Shown here one piece after another: positions 49,173-57,866 of a DNA stretch of 59,633 bases. This DNA comes from an uncultured virus (IMG/VR IMGVR_UViG_3300022752_000028) (Duplodnaviria; Heunggongvirae; Uroviricota; Caudoviricetes), in the IMG/VR virus record IMGVR_UViG_3300022752_000028; one strand, 5' to 3'. The notes below the pieces were generated by a model. The model worked only from the letters and a program-made list of their open reading frames with translations, did not search any database and was not told where the DNA came from. Every line of letters starts with the position of its first letter. The stretch's first letter is position 1. The translations under genes and the position numbers were made by a program.

Positions 49173-50764
49173 ACACGAGCAACAAGTCAAGACAAGTATC
49201 TGAGATTATACGCTGTGGCAAAGATCCGGCGTATTTTTTCAATAACTACGTAAAGATCCAGCATCCAACTAAGGGAACGATCCCATTTAAGACGTTCCCA
49301 TTTCAAGATGACTGCGTCAATGACTTCATAGAAAATCGATTTACAGTCATTGTCAAGAGCAGGCAGCTTGGCTTGTCAACTCTTGTTGCTGCATATTCTG
49401 TTTGGCTTGCGCTCTTCCAGAAAGACAAGAACATCCTCATCATCGCAACTAAGCTGGGTGTTGCGCAGAACTTCATTAAGAAAGTCAAGACAATGGTGAG
49501 CAACCTTCCTCCCTGGATGGTGCTCCCGCAGATTACTCTCAACAACCGGCAGATGATCGAATTCAGTCACGGATCTTCGATCAAGGCTGTACCTACTTCA
49601 GAAGATGCAGGTCGTTCTGAGTCGTTGTCTCTGTTGATCATCGACGAGGCGGCATTCGTTAGAAACTTTGATGAGCTATGGACAGGCTTGTACCCTACAA
49701 TCTCAACTGGCGGTCGTGCTATTGTACTTTCAACACCTAACGGTGTGGGTGGTCAATACTACAAGCTTTTCACTGAGGCTGAGTCGGGCTTAAACGAATT
49801 TAAGGCCATCAGGCTGAACTGGGACGTTCATCCTGAACGTGATCAGGCGTGGTTCGAGAAAGAGACGAGAAATCTATCCGCTAAAGAGATCGCTCAGGAG
49901 TACTTGTGCGACTTCGCTGCGTCAGGTGAGACGTTCCTCAATGACGACGACATCAAGTGGATTAGCAAGATTATACGACCTCCAATTGATCGCGGCGGGC
50001 TAGATAGAAATGTCTGGATCTGGAAACACGCACTGTCAGAGCACAAGTACATCGTCTCTGCTGACGTTGCAAGAGGCGATGGGAAAGATTACTCAACTTT
50101 TCACGTCATCGATTGCACTGAAGGTGAAGTAGTCGCTGAGTACAAGGGTAAGATTGCACCAGATAAGTTTGGTGAACTCTTAAATGAGTATGGTTTGCTG
50201 TACAATAAGGCGCTAATGTGCCCTGAGAATAACTCATTTGGATATGCAACCATAGTCAAGCTTAAAGATCTAGGCTACCCAAAGATGTACTATAACAAGA
50301 ACAAGTCTGTCTACATCGGCGACTATGTTCCACCTGCTGAGACAGAGCTGGCAGGTTTTACAACGAGCGGCAAGTCAAGAAACCAGATCCTCACAAAGCT
50401 CGAAGAGGTCATCAGAAACAAACAGCTTCTAATATACTCGTCTCGTTTCTATGAAGAGTTGAAGACATTTGTCTGGAATGAGAACAAAGCACAGGCAATG
50501 AAGGGAGAGAACGACGATCTTATTCTCTCGCTCGCCATCGGAACTTGGCTCTATGATGCATCAAATGACTATGGCAAGGACTCAGATAAGTTAAACAATG
50601 CAATGCTTGCCGCGATGGGTTTTAAGAACAAGCAATTTAATGGTGCCTCAAACGACGTAATATCAAACAAGCACCAACAAGAGTCAAACCGAGATCGCGT
50701 GCTGCGCGGACACTCGCGGCCGATGGGGATACCTCCTGAGTTCGCGTGGGTGTATAAGAACTAG
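49169..50764 (+). CDS. terL: Terminase large subunit, T4 gp17-like
   Basis: DP.YF...YVKI, KSRQLGLST (Walker A), IIDEAAF (Walker B), LSTPNG, QEY.C.F, ADVARG, ENN and NDDL motifs. Confidence 0.96.
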   Translation: MNTSNKSRQVSEIIRCGKDPAYFFNNYVKIQHPTKGTIPFKTFPFQDDCVNDFIENRFTVIVKSRQLGLSTLVAAYSVWLALFQKDKNILIIATKLGVAQNFIKKVKTMVSNLPPWMVLPQITLNNRQMIEFSHGSSIKAVPTSEDAGRSESLSLLIIDEAAFVRNFDELWTGLYPTISTGGRAIVLSTPNGVGGQYYKLFTEAESGLNEFKAIRLNWDVHPERDQAWFEKETRNLSAKEIAQEYLCDFAASGETFLNDDDIKWISKIIRPPIDRGGLDRNVWIWKHALSEHKYIVSADVARGDGKDYSTFHVIDCTEGEVVAEYKGKIAPDKFGELLNEYGLLYNKALMCPENNSFGYATIVKLKDLGYPKMYYNKNKSVYIGDYVPPAETELAGFTTSGKSRNQILTKLEEVIRNKQLLIYSSRFYEELKTFVWNENKAQAMKGENDDLILSLAIGTWLYDASNDYGKDSDKLNNAMLAAMGFKNKQFNGASNDVISNKHQQESNRDRVLRGHSRPMGIPPEFAWVYKN

Positions 50765-50772
50765 GAGAATAA

Positions 50773-52818
50773 ATGGCGCAAGATAGTAACCTCTTTAATA
50801 GGCTCACTAAGCTCTTCAGGAGCGGCCCAGTCATTAAGAGAAGAGTGAGAGAAGTCACTCCTTCAACAAAGTCAACCTCAGCATTTGAGCAGTTTAGAAA
50901 AGCTCAGAGCTACGTCTACAGCTCAGCGATGAGTGCATACGGTTCTTATGACCGTATGGCAAGGTACTCTGACTTCCAAGAGATGGAGTACACACCAGAG
51001 ATTGCATCGGCACTTGACATCTACTCTGAGGAGACAATCTCACCTGATGAGAAGGGTAACGTCCTCCACATCCACTCAGAAAATCCAGTCGTCCACAAGC
51101 TGCTTAATGAGCTCTTCTACGACACGCTCAATGTCAACTTCAACTTGACAGCTTGGGCACGCAACATGTGCAAGTACGGTGACTTCTTCCTCTTCAACGA
51201 CGTTTCACCTGATCAAGGTGTCATCAACGTCTACCCAATTCCAGTCAATGAGATTGAGCGTGAAGAAGGGTATGATAAGGACGACCCAATGGCCGTGCGC
51301 TTCCGATGGTTGACGCAGGGAAATCAAGTTCTTGAGAACTGGCAGGTGTCACACTTTAGAATTCTAGGTAATGACGCATTCCTACCTTACGGCTCATCAG
51401 TTCTTGAAGCAGCACGTCGTATCTGGCGTCAGCTGATCCTCGTCGAGGACGCGATGCTTGTCTACCGCGTTGTCCGTGCACCAGATCGTCGCGTATTCTA
51501 CATTGACGTGGGTAACGTACCACCTGAAGACATCGCCAACTACATGGAGCAGGCTCAAGCACAGCTCAAGAAGAGCCAAGTTGTTGATAAGCAGACAGGG
51601 CGCGTCGACCTGAGATACAATCCACTGTCAGTAGACGAGGATTACTTCATTCCTGTGCGCGGCGGTCAATCGGGCACAAAGATTGAGCCACTCGCTGGTG
51701 GCGCAAATGCAGCAGCAATTGAGGATGTACAGTACATCCAGAAGAAGATGTTCGCTGCATTGAAGATCCCAAAGGCCTATCTCGGCTATGACGAAGGCTT
51801 GGGAGCAAAGGCAACACTGTCCCAGGAAGACATCAGGTTTTCTCGCACAATTGCTCGCATCCAACGCACAATCGTGTCCGAGCTCAATAAGATCGCCATC
51901 ATCCACTTACACTCCAACGGATTTGACGGCCCCGACCTCCTTGACTTCGACCTTAAGCTGACAAATCCTTCAACGATTGCACAGCAGCAGAAGCTTGAGC
52001 TCTACAACACCAAGTTCCAGATTGCAGGATCTGCCAACGGCATTCCCAACCTTGTTGACAAGCGTTGGGTTCGCAAGAAGATCTTCCAGATGACTGATGA
52101 AGAGATCGACGCCATTGAGAAGGGTATCATCAAGGACAAGGAGATGGAGCTCAAGGTCGAAGCAGTCAAGCTGCCTGAAGACAAATCTACAGCTCCTGAC
52201 ATGTCATCCATGGCAGCAGGTATTCCAACAAGCCCATTCGCATCTGAGCCTGAAGCGCCTGCTACAGAGCCAACGCCACCCGCCGGTGGTGAGACACCTC
52301 CAGCAGCACCTACAGCGCCCGGCCCTGAGACGGCTTCTTCAAACACAAACAAGCGCGGCTTAGGAATTCTAGCAGAGCCAGATTTTGACCTGTCTAACTT
52401 GTCAATCAATGATGAAAGTGCTCCTATCAAGGCACAGAACACAGTTGACGCGATAGGCCGTAAGCTTCTCGGTGAGAGGATCGAGGGAAAGACAAAGGCA
52501 GATCGTGATCGCTACAATGCAAAGAGGAAGCGCCGCGGACACCTGCACAACATGTCTGATCACAATGCAATGGTCAGTCACGACAAGAGTGATCAAACTG
52601 ACTCGATTGCACACCCATTTGGTGCAAAGAACGATCTAATCAATCCATTTAAGGATGTTCTTAAGGAGATTGATGACGACGTCGACCCAGATGATGACTA
52701 CACCTTCAACGATACAAGAATGTCAGAGATACACAGTGTTTTAGGTTCAATGCGACGTAAGAATATATTTAATAGGCAGATCTCTGCGTCTAGCAATACG
52801 ACAGAGGAGGACGAATGA
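50773..52818 (+). CDS. Portal protein, T4 gp20-like, with a long C-terminal extension
   Basis: PEIASALDI, EDAMLVYRVVRAPDRRVFYIDVGN.P, EDYFIPVRGG...T.I..L.G and IEDVQY...ALKIP motifs. Confidence 0.96.
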   Translation: MAQDSNLFNRLTKLFRSGPVIKRRVREVTPSTKSTSAFEQFRKAQSYVYSSAMSAYGSYDRMARYSDFQEMEYTPEIASALDIYSEETISPDEKGNVLHIHSENPVVHKLLNELFYDTLNVNFNLTAWARNMCKYGDFFLFNDVSPDQGVINVYPIPVNEIEREEGYDKDDPMAVRFRWLTQGNQVLENWQVSHFRILGNDAFLPYGSSVLEAARRIWRQLILVEDAMLVYRVVRAPDRRVFYIDVGNVPPEDIANYMEQAQAQLKKSQVVDKQTGRVDLRYNPLSVDEDYFIPVRGGQSGTKIEPLAGGANAAAIEDVQYIQKKMFAALKIPKAYLGYDEGLGAKATLSQEDIRFSRTIARIQRTIVSELNKIAIIHLHSNGFDGPDLLDFDLKLTNPSTIAQQQKLELYNTKFQIAGSANGIPNLVDKRWVRKKIFQMTDEEIDAIEKGIIKDKEMELKVEAVKLPEDKSTAPDMSSMAAGIPTSPFASEPEAPATEPTPPAGGETPPAAPTAPGPETASSNTNKRGLGILAEPDFDLSNLSINDESAPIKAQNTVDAIGRKLLGERIEGKTKADRDRYNAKRKRRGHLHNMSDHNAMVSHDKSDQTDSIAHPFGAKNDLINPFKDVLKEIDDDVDPDDDYTFNDTRMSEIHSVLGSMRRKNIFNRQISASSNTTEEDE

Positions 52819-53678
52819 ACATCCAGCACAACAAGAAGCGAAATGTCGGTATCATCTATGAGCTGCTACTGCGCTCAGTATCAGCAGCAATAGTTGAGAA
52901 CGATAAGACGAGAGCACAAAGAGCTCTTGACATCATTGAGAAGTACTATGATAAGTCAACTGAGCTCTACAAGGAATACAGGCTCTTCAACGCGCTTGTC
53001 AAGTCAACTGTGAGTGACACACCTGTAGCTGCTGCCGTCCTTGCTGAAGCCAAATCAGCAGCACGCAGAGCAGATATGCGTAAACTTGATCACGAGAAGT
53101 CGCTCCTGATCAGAGAGATCAACCACAACTTAAGAGACGATGATTTTTATCAGAGAAGAATACCTGACTATCGTTTCTACGCAACTGTGCAAAATCTCCT
53201 GAACGAGTGGTGTGCAGGTGATCGCTCTGATCTAACGAAGATGGTGATGCTTGAGGGACAAGTTGTCCACTGGCTTCTCGCTGAGAAGAAAGAGCTTCCT
53301 GTTGATCTCGATGCACCTACACCTGAAGTTGATAATCTTGTCGTCAAGCTCATGAACGAGAAGTTCAATGAGAAATATGCAGGCAAGCTCAATGTGGATC
53401 AGACAAAGCTGATCCAAGATTACATCTTCAGCATTGAGAACGGTCAAGAGGAGAAGTTCCTTGGTCGTCTCAATTCTCTCAGAGAGACAGCACTCACTAG
53501 AGTGCGCCAGCTAAAGACAGCAACTAAAAATCAAACTCTGCAAGAGAGGATACCCCTTGTGGAGACAGCTTTACGCAACTTAAATTTCACATCACTCAAT
53601 GATGAGACAATCTCACGCTTTATGACAGTGTCTCAATTAGTGACAGAACTGAGCGAGGAGGAAGACGATGGCCAGTGA
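52815..53678 (+). CDS. Hypothetical head-module protein
   Basis: Lies between portal and protease; GAGGAGG SD; ATATTTA at 52765. Confidence 0.65.
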   Translation: MNIQHNKKRNVGIIYELLLRSVSAAIVENDKTRAQRALDIIEKYYDKSTELYKEYRLFNALVKSTVSDTPVAAAVLAEAKSAARRADMRKLDHEKSLLIREINHNLRDDDFYQRRIPDYRFYATVQNLLNEWCAGDRSDLTKMVMLEGQVVHWLLAEKKELPVDLDAPTPEVDNLVVKLMNEKFNEKYAGKLNVDQTKLIQDYIFSIENGQEEKFLGRLNSLRETALTRVRQLKTATKNQTLQERIPLVETALRNLNFTSLNDETISRFMTVSQLVTELSEEEDDGQ

Positions 53679-54279
53679 TAACATGGTTCTTTTAAAGGAG
53701 TGGCTGCCACTTAAGTACTCACCTGACATTGTTCGTGAGTCAAAGCAGCTTAACGGTGGCAAAGTAATGCTCCGTGGTGTCATCCAGCGTGCTGATACAC
53801 TGAACCAGAACGGTCGTATTTATCCACGCGCCATCCTTGAGCGTGAGATTGATAACTACCAGAAGTTCATTCGTGAGAATAGAGCGCTGGGTGAGTGCGA
53901 TCATCCTGACACATCTGTCGTAGAATTGAAGAATGTGTCACACATTGTGCGCGAAGCCAAGATGGACGGCGACACTGTGACGGGCGTTGTGGAGCTACTT
54001 GACACACCTAGTGGTAAGATCCTCCAGAGCCTCGTTGAGGCAGGCATCACACTGGGCATCTCATCTAGAGGTGTTGGATCAACACGTAATCAAAGCGGCG
54101 CTGTTGTAGTTCAAGACGACTTCCAGCTGATCTGCTTCGACATCGTCTCAGAGCCTTCAACACCAGGCGCATTCATGATGAATGAGAGTAAGGTGATATC
54201 AGGCAGAGAGTTGAAGAAAACTTTTACGAAATCCGACAGAGTTAATAGGATCTTCACAGACATCTTAGCATGGAAGTAG
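53668..54279 (+). CDS. Prohead protease, T4 gp21-like
   Basis: NQNGRIYP, ALGECDHP, VSH, TPSGKI, GISSRGVGS and FDIVSEPSTPGA motifs. Confidence 0.95.
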   Translation: MASDNMVLLKEWLPLKYSPDIVRESKQLNGGKVMLRGVIQRADTLNQNGRIYPRAILEREIDNYQKFIRENRALGECDHPDTSVVELKNVSHIVREAKMDGDTVTGVVELLDTPSGKILQSLVEAGITLGISSRGVGSTRNQSGAVVVQDDFQLICFDIVSEPSTPGAFMMNESKVISGRELKKTFTKSDRVNRIFTDILAWK

Positions 54280-54280
54280 T

Positions 54281-54805
54281 ATGAAGTTATCCAAAGAAGA
54301 TCTGAAGGGCATCGTAAAGGAGTGTCTCGTAGAGATACTAAGTGAGGGCCTCGGCGGCGGTGGCAGCCTTGTTGAAAGCCGTCAAGTTCAACGTCAAGCG
54401 CCAGCTGCTCAAGCACCTGCACGCAATTTAAGCGGCAGAGCAGGAGCAGCACCGCAGCAACAACCGCGGCAGTCTGTCTATGACAAGCTTGCATTTGCAC
54501 CCACACGTGAGCAAGTGCAGAGAGCTGCTCCCGCTGCCAAGAAGATCAATCCACTCAGCATGGTCAAAGACATTACGTCTGATCCCATCATGGCGGGCAT
54601 CCTGGCAGAAACTGCTTCGTCAGGTCAGCACATGCATATGGGCGAGAGTAATAATAGAAACGCACAACCTTCACATGAAGAGCAAGTGATGTCAGCAGGT
54701 GATGCTGCAGCAAGAAAGATGATGATGTCAGATCCTACTGACTTGTTTGGTGAGAGTGCGTCAATGTGGTCAACTTTGGCATTCTCAGAGAAAATAAGAA
54801 AGTAG
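54281..54805 (+). CDS. Hypothetical head-module protein
   Basis: N-terminus LKGIVKECLVEILSE followed by a Q/A/P-rich linker. Confidence 0.65.
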   Translation: MKLSKEDLKGIVKECLVEILSEGLGGGGSLVESRQVQRQAPAAQAPARNLSGRAGAAPQQQPRQSVYDKLAFAPTREQVQRAAPAAKKINPLSMVKDITSDPIMAGILAETASSGQHMHMGESNNRNAQPSHEEQVMSAGDAAARKMMMSDPTDLFGESASMWSTLAFSEKIRK

Positions 54806-54824
54806 TAAATTTGCAAAGTTCGTG

Positions 54825-54831
54825 ATAATTA
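54825..54831 (+). promoter_or_regulatory. Putative late promoter ATAATTA
   Basis: Intergenic, upstream of the AGGAG SD and the ATG at 54856. Confidence 0.45.
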
Positions 54832-54855
54832 ATTTATGTTCCATAGGAGTTTACA

Positions 54856-55149
54856 ATGAAGAAGCTTACACCCCAGATGCTTAGAAGAATGGTCCTCGAG
54901 GAGAAGAAGAAGGTCGAGGCTGCCCACGCTAAGGAGAATGCAAAGGCTCGCAAGGACTACGGTCTTAACGAGAAAGAGGCGCAGTGGGCCGATGAGACAC
55001 CTCCTGCAGCTACAGAGTACAAGCCTGGTGACAGTGATATGAAGGCAGCTAAGATGCTCAAGGAGGAGGAAGATCGCCTCCGTCGTCGCCTCCAGGCCGT
55101 CATGGAGCGTCGTCTTGCTCTCAAGCGTCGTATCATGGAGAGCCTCTAA
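54856..55149 (+). CDS. Small charged helical protein (candidate prohead core protein)
   Basis: LRRMVLEE, LNE, LKE and IME motifs; AGGAG SD. Confidence 0.65.
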   Translation: MKKLTPQMLRRMVLEEKKKVEAAHAKENAKARKDYGLNEKEAQWADETPPAATEYKPGDSDMKAAKMLKEEEDRLRRRLQAVMERRLALKRRIMESL

Positions 55150-55192
55150 TCTCTCTGTTCAGTTTGTGATCTACTAAGGAGGGAGAGACAAG

Positions 55193-55774
55193 ATGGCAGT
55201 TAACTATACAACAGTTGTGTCGCCAGATGATGGCGCAAAGACAGGTGGCCTTGGAAATCGTAACCAGGTCAACCTGAAGTCGTGCTTTCCCTCTTCACCC
55301 ATCTACAGCAATGTGTACACACCCACTGCTGCTGAGAATGCAGGTATCTCTGCATTGAATGGCAACGGCGGGCCCGGTGATAGCATACCCAACATCGGTA
55401 TTGCTGACGGTGTGCTCGACGACGGTGGGTACATGTTCAACCAGGTTGACTTGCGTTTTGCTGGCCGTAGATCATCAGGTGTAGATGATGCTTACGCTGC
55501 TCCTAATCTCTCTGAGGTTGTGACAGGTGGCGAAGGCCTCCCAGCATCACCTTACATTCCCAATCTTACGTCGCCTGGCGAAGGTAACGGGACCGATCCG
55601 TTTGCACAGCCAGAGTTCACAGGCGATCTACCTTACGGTGGTGACCCTGGTCAAGCAGCGGCAACGCAGTTCGGTCGTGGTGAAGGTGTAGCAGCCAATC
55701 CTGTGACTGCTACGGCAGAAGTTGCACGAGCCACGATCGGCAAGTTCATGCTGGGAACTTCTAAGATTACTTGA
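55193..55774 (+). CDS. Gly/Pro-rich hypothetical protein
   Basis: AAGGAGG SD; lies in the head module. Confidence 0.65.
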   Translation: MAVNYTTVVSPDDGAKTGGLGNRNQVNLKSCFPSSPIYSNVYTPTAAENAGISALNGNGGPGDSIPNIGIADGVLDDGGYMFNQVDLRFAGRRSSGVDDAYAAPNLSEVVTGGEGLPASPYIPNLTSPGEGNGTDPFAQPEFTGDLPYGGDPGQAAATQFGRGEGVAANPVTATAEVARATIGKFMLGTSKIT

Positions 55775-55776
55775 GC

Positions 55777-56337
55777 ATGAGAGACGCACCTCCGACTACA
55801 CATCGCTTTTGGTTTAAAGGCGATGCAAATGCAGGTGCAGGATACGGTACACTAAAGAAAAAGTTCTCCGGTGGCGATTATACCACTGTGGGAACTTTTC
55901 CTTATATCGAAGACGATGACACGTTTGAAGATGAAGATCTTGACGATCTAATGCACACGCAAGATTTCATCAACAAGACAGGCTACACAGGTGTTGCTAA
56001 GCCTAGAGCACACATTAGAAAGGATAACGCATCTTTCACAAAGATGCGGTGGAGCACAGCTCTCGAAGAAGCGTCGATCATGAAAGGCATCACACCCTTT
56101 CCTGCGTCAATGCTCTATAAGAACTTCACAGGTCCTGCCGTGGGTGGTGCATCTACCAATCAATCTTTTACAAATGCTCCTGGACGTCTTATAGGTAATC
56201 AGTACGGTTCAACACGCGCAAGCCCACTTGCTGATGACGAACTTATCACAATCGACAGATTAAATGATCTTATGGATCCAGACACCCGCAATCTTGTTAA
56301 GCAGCGCTTAAAAATAAAGATATTGCAGGATGTTTGA
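55777..56337 (+). CDS. Hypothetical protein
   Basis: Clean ORF filling the gap before the scaffold gene. Confidence 0.6.
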   Translation: MRDAPPTTHRFWFKGDANAGAGYGTLKKKFSGGDYTTVGTFPYIEDDDTFEDEDLDDLMHTQDFINKTGYTGVAKPRAHIRKDNASFTKMRWSTALEEASIMKGITPFPASMLYKNFTGPAVGGASTNQSFTNAPGRLIGNQYGSTRASPLADDELITIDRLNDLMDPDTRNLVKQRLKIKILQDV

Positions 56338-56376
56338 CAAAGAACCTAATATGTATTGAAAGCAGGGAAACAGTTA

Positions 56377-57837
56377 ATGTCAAAGACACTATATGATGAA
56401 GCAATCGCCGATGCTAAGCGACTTCGCGAAGTTGCTGAGCTGAATGCCAAGAATGCAATCGTAGAAGCAGTCACGCCGCGCATTAGAGAGTTCATCGACA
56501 GCCAGCTCGTAGGCGACCCAACAAAGGCCGTCACAGCTGAGAAGTTTCTTGTTGATGCTCTGAATGAAGGTGCAACGGATGACAGTGGAGAGGACGATGT
56601 CGTCCTTGACGAAGCTGCTCTTAAGTCACTTGTCTCGCTATTCACACCTAAGCAGACGACGCAAGCAAAGGACAGCTTCCAGGAAGCATTTGACCAGCTT
56701 AGCGAAGATGAAAAGAAGAAACTTTTGAACCTGATCAGCGAAGAGAAAACTGACGCCGATCTGGACGAGAATGAAGAAGAAAGCGCACCAGCGCAGGAGA
56801 AGAAAATGGACGAATCACTCTATGAGATTGATCTGAATGAGCTCAAGAAGGAGCTTGCTGCAGTTGCTTCTCCTGGTAAGCCCGCAGCTGGTGTTAAGCC
56901 TTCAAAGGCACCAATGCCTGCTAGAGCAGGCGGCATGAAGAAGTCACCTGCACCCGCCATGGAAGACATGTTCGAGCTTGATGAAGAGCTATACGAGATG
57001 GACATGGAAGGCGACCTTGATGAGGAATATATGGACGAGCTCAATGAGGCCAAGCTTGAGGTTGACCTCGGTGATCTCGAGCTCCCAGAAGATTTCATGC
57101 CCTCCGTTCGGGTTGTCCCCGAGGAAGAGGAAGAGGACATGCTCGCAGCTGATGACAGCGACATGGGTGACATGGTTCCCGATGCAGAAGAAGAGGCAGC
57201 TGATGATGCACCTCCTGCACCAGTCGCTGAGACATTCTACGTCGACGAGAACATGCTCCGTCGTGAGCTCTTCCGCCTCCGCGAGGCTCGCAAGCAGAAG
57301 GAGGACAAGCTCCTCAACAAGAAGAGCCTCAAGAGCGCTTCACACGTCAAGGCCGCTGCTAAGGCATTCGGCGACGGTGATCTCGAGGAAGTTGACGAAG
57401 TTGAGATCAACGCACTCGACAACGCCAAGAAGCACAAGCTTAAGAAATTGAAAGAGGCACGCGATAATCGTGCTCTCGTAACCCAGCTCAATGAATACAG
57501 AAGCGCTGTTGAAACGCTTCGTGAGCAAATGACTGATATGAATCTCTTCAACGCGAAGCTGCTCTACGTCAATAAGATGCTGCAGTCAAAGGATTTGACG
57601 CCCAAGCAACAGAAGGTCGTCATTGAGGCCATCGATGGCGCCAAGACACTACGCGAAGTGAAGATGCTCTTCAAGAGCCTGACTGAGTCACTGACTGGCG
57701 GCAATGGTGCCACACTCAATGAGTCAGCAACCAGGTTCAACGCCGGAGGTTCTTCCCGCGCGACCTCATCAGCTGCCGCCCGCACAGGCGAGACAGCAGA
57801 AGTCGACCGCTGGGCGATGCTCGCCGGTCTCAAGTAA
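56377..57837 (+). CDS. Prohead core scaffolding protein (gp22-like role)
   Basis: Very acidic, coiled-coil, immediately upstream of the capsid gene. Contains EAIADAK.LRE.A..NAK, NL.NAKLLY.NK and many LxE sites. Confidence 0.8.
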   Translation: MSKTLYDEAIADAKRLREVAELNAKNAIVEAVTPRIREFIDSQLVGDPTKAVTAEKFLVDALNEGATDDSGEDDVVLDEAALKSLVSLFTPKQTTQAKDSFQEAFDQLSEDEKKKLLNLISEEKTDADLDENEEESAPAQEKKMDESLYEIDLNELKKELAAVASPGKPAAGVKPSKAPMPARAGGMKKSPAPAMEDMFELDEELYEMDMEGDLDEEYMDELNEAKLEVDLGDLELPEDFMPSVRVVPEEEEEDMLAADDSDMGDMVPDAEEEAADDAPPAPVAETFYVDENMLRRELFRLREARKQKEDKLLNKKSLKSASHVKAAAKAFGDGDLEEVDEVEINALDNAKKHKLKKLKEARDNRALVTQLNEYRSAVETLREQMTDMNLFNAKLLYVNKMLQSKDLTPKQQKVVIEAIDGAKTLREVKMLFKSLTESLTGGNGATLNESATRFNAGGSSRATSSAAARTGETAEVDRWAMLAGLK

Positions 57838-57866
57838 TTTGTTAAGTATTCAAGGAGTTTAATAAC

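Noticed and set aside
49169..52818. Inteins or introns in terminase or portal
   Set aside because: Motif spacing is continuous; no C...HN splice signatures or homing-endonuclease motifs were seen.
55150..55192. Possible hairpin or terminator (CTCTC...GAGAG) after the ORF at 54856
   Set aside because: Short stem, long loop and no U-tract; the right arm is adjacent to the SD of the next gene.
4686..57833. Numerous minus-strand and nested ORFs of 60-165 aa
   Set aside because: All overlap well-supported plus-strand genes, show no recognisable motifs, and are expected from codon bias.
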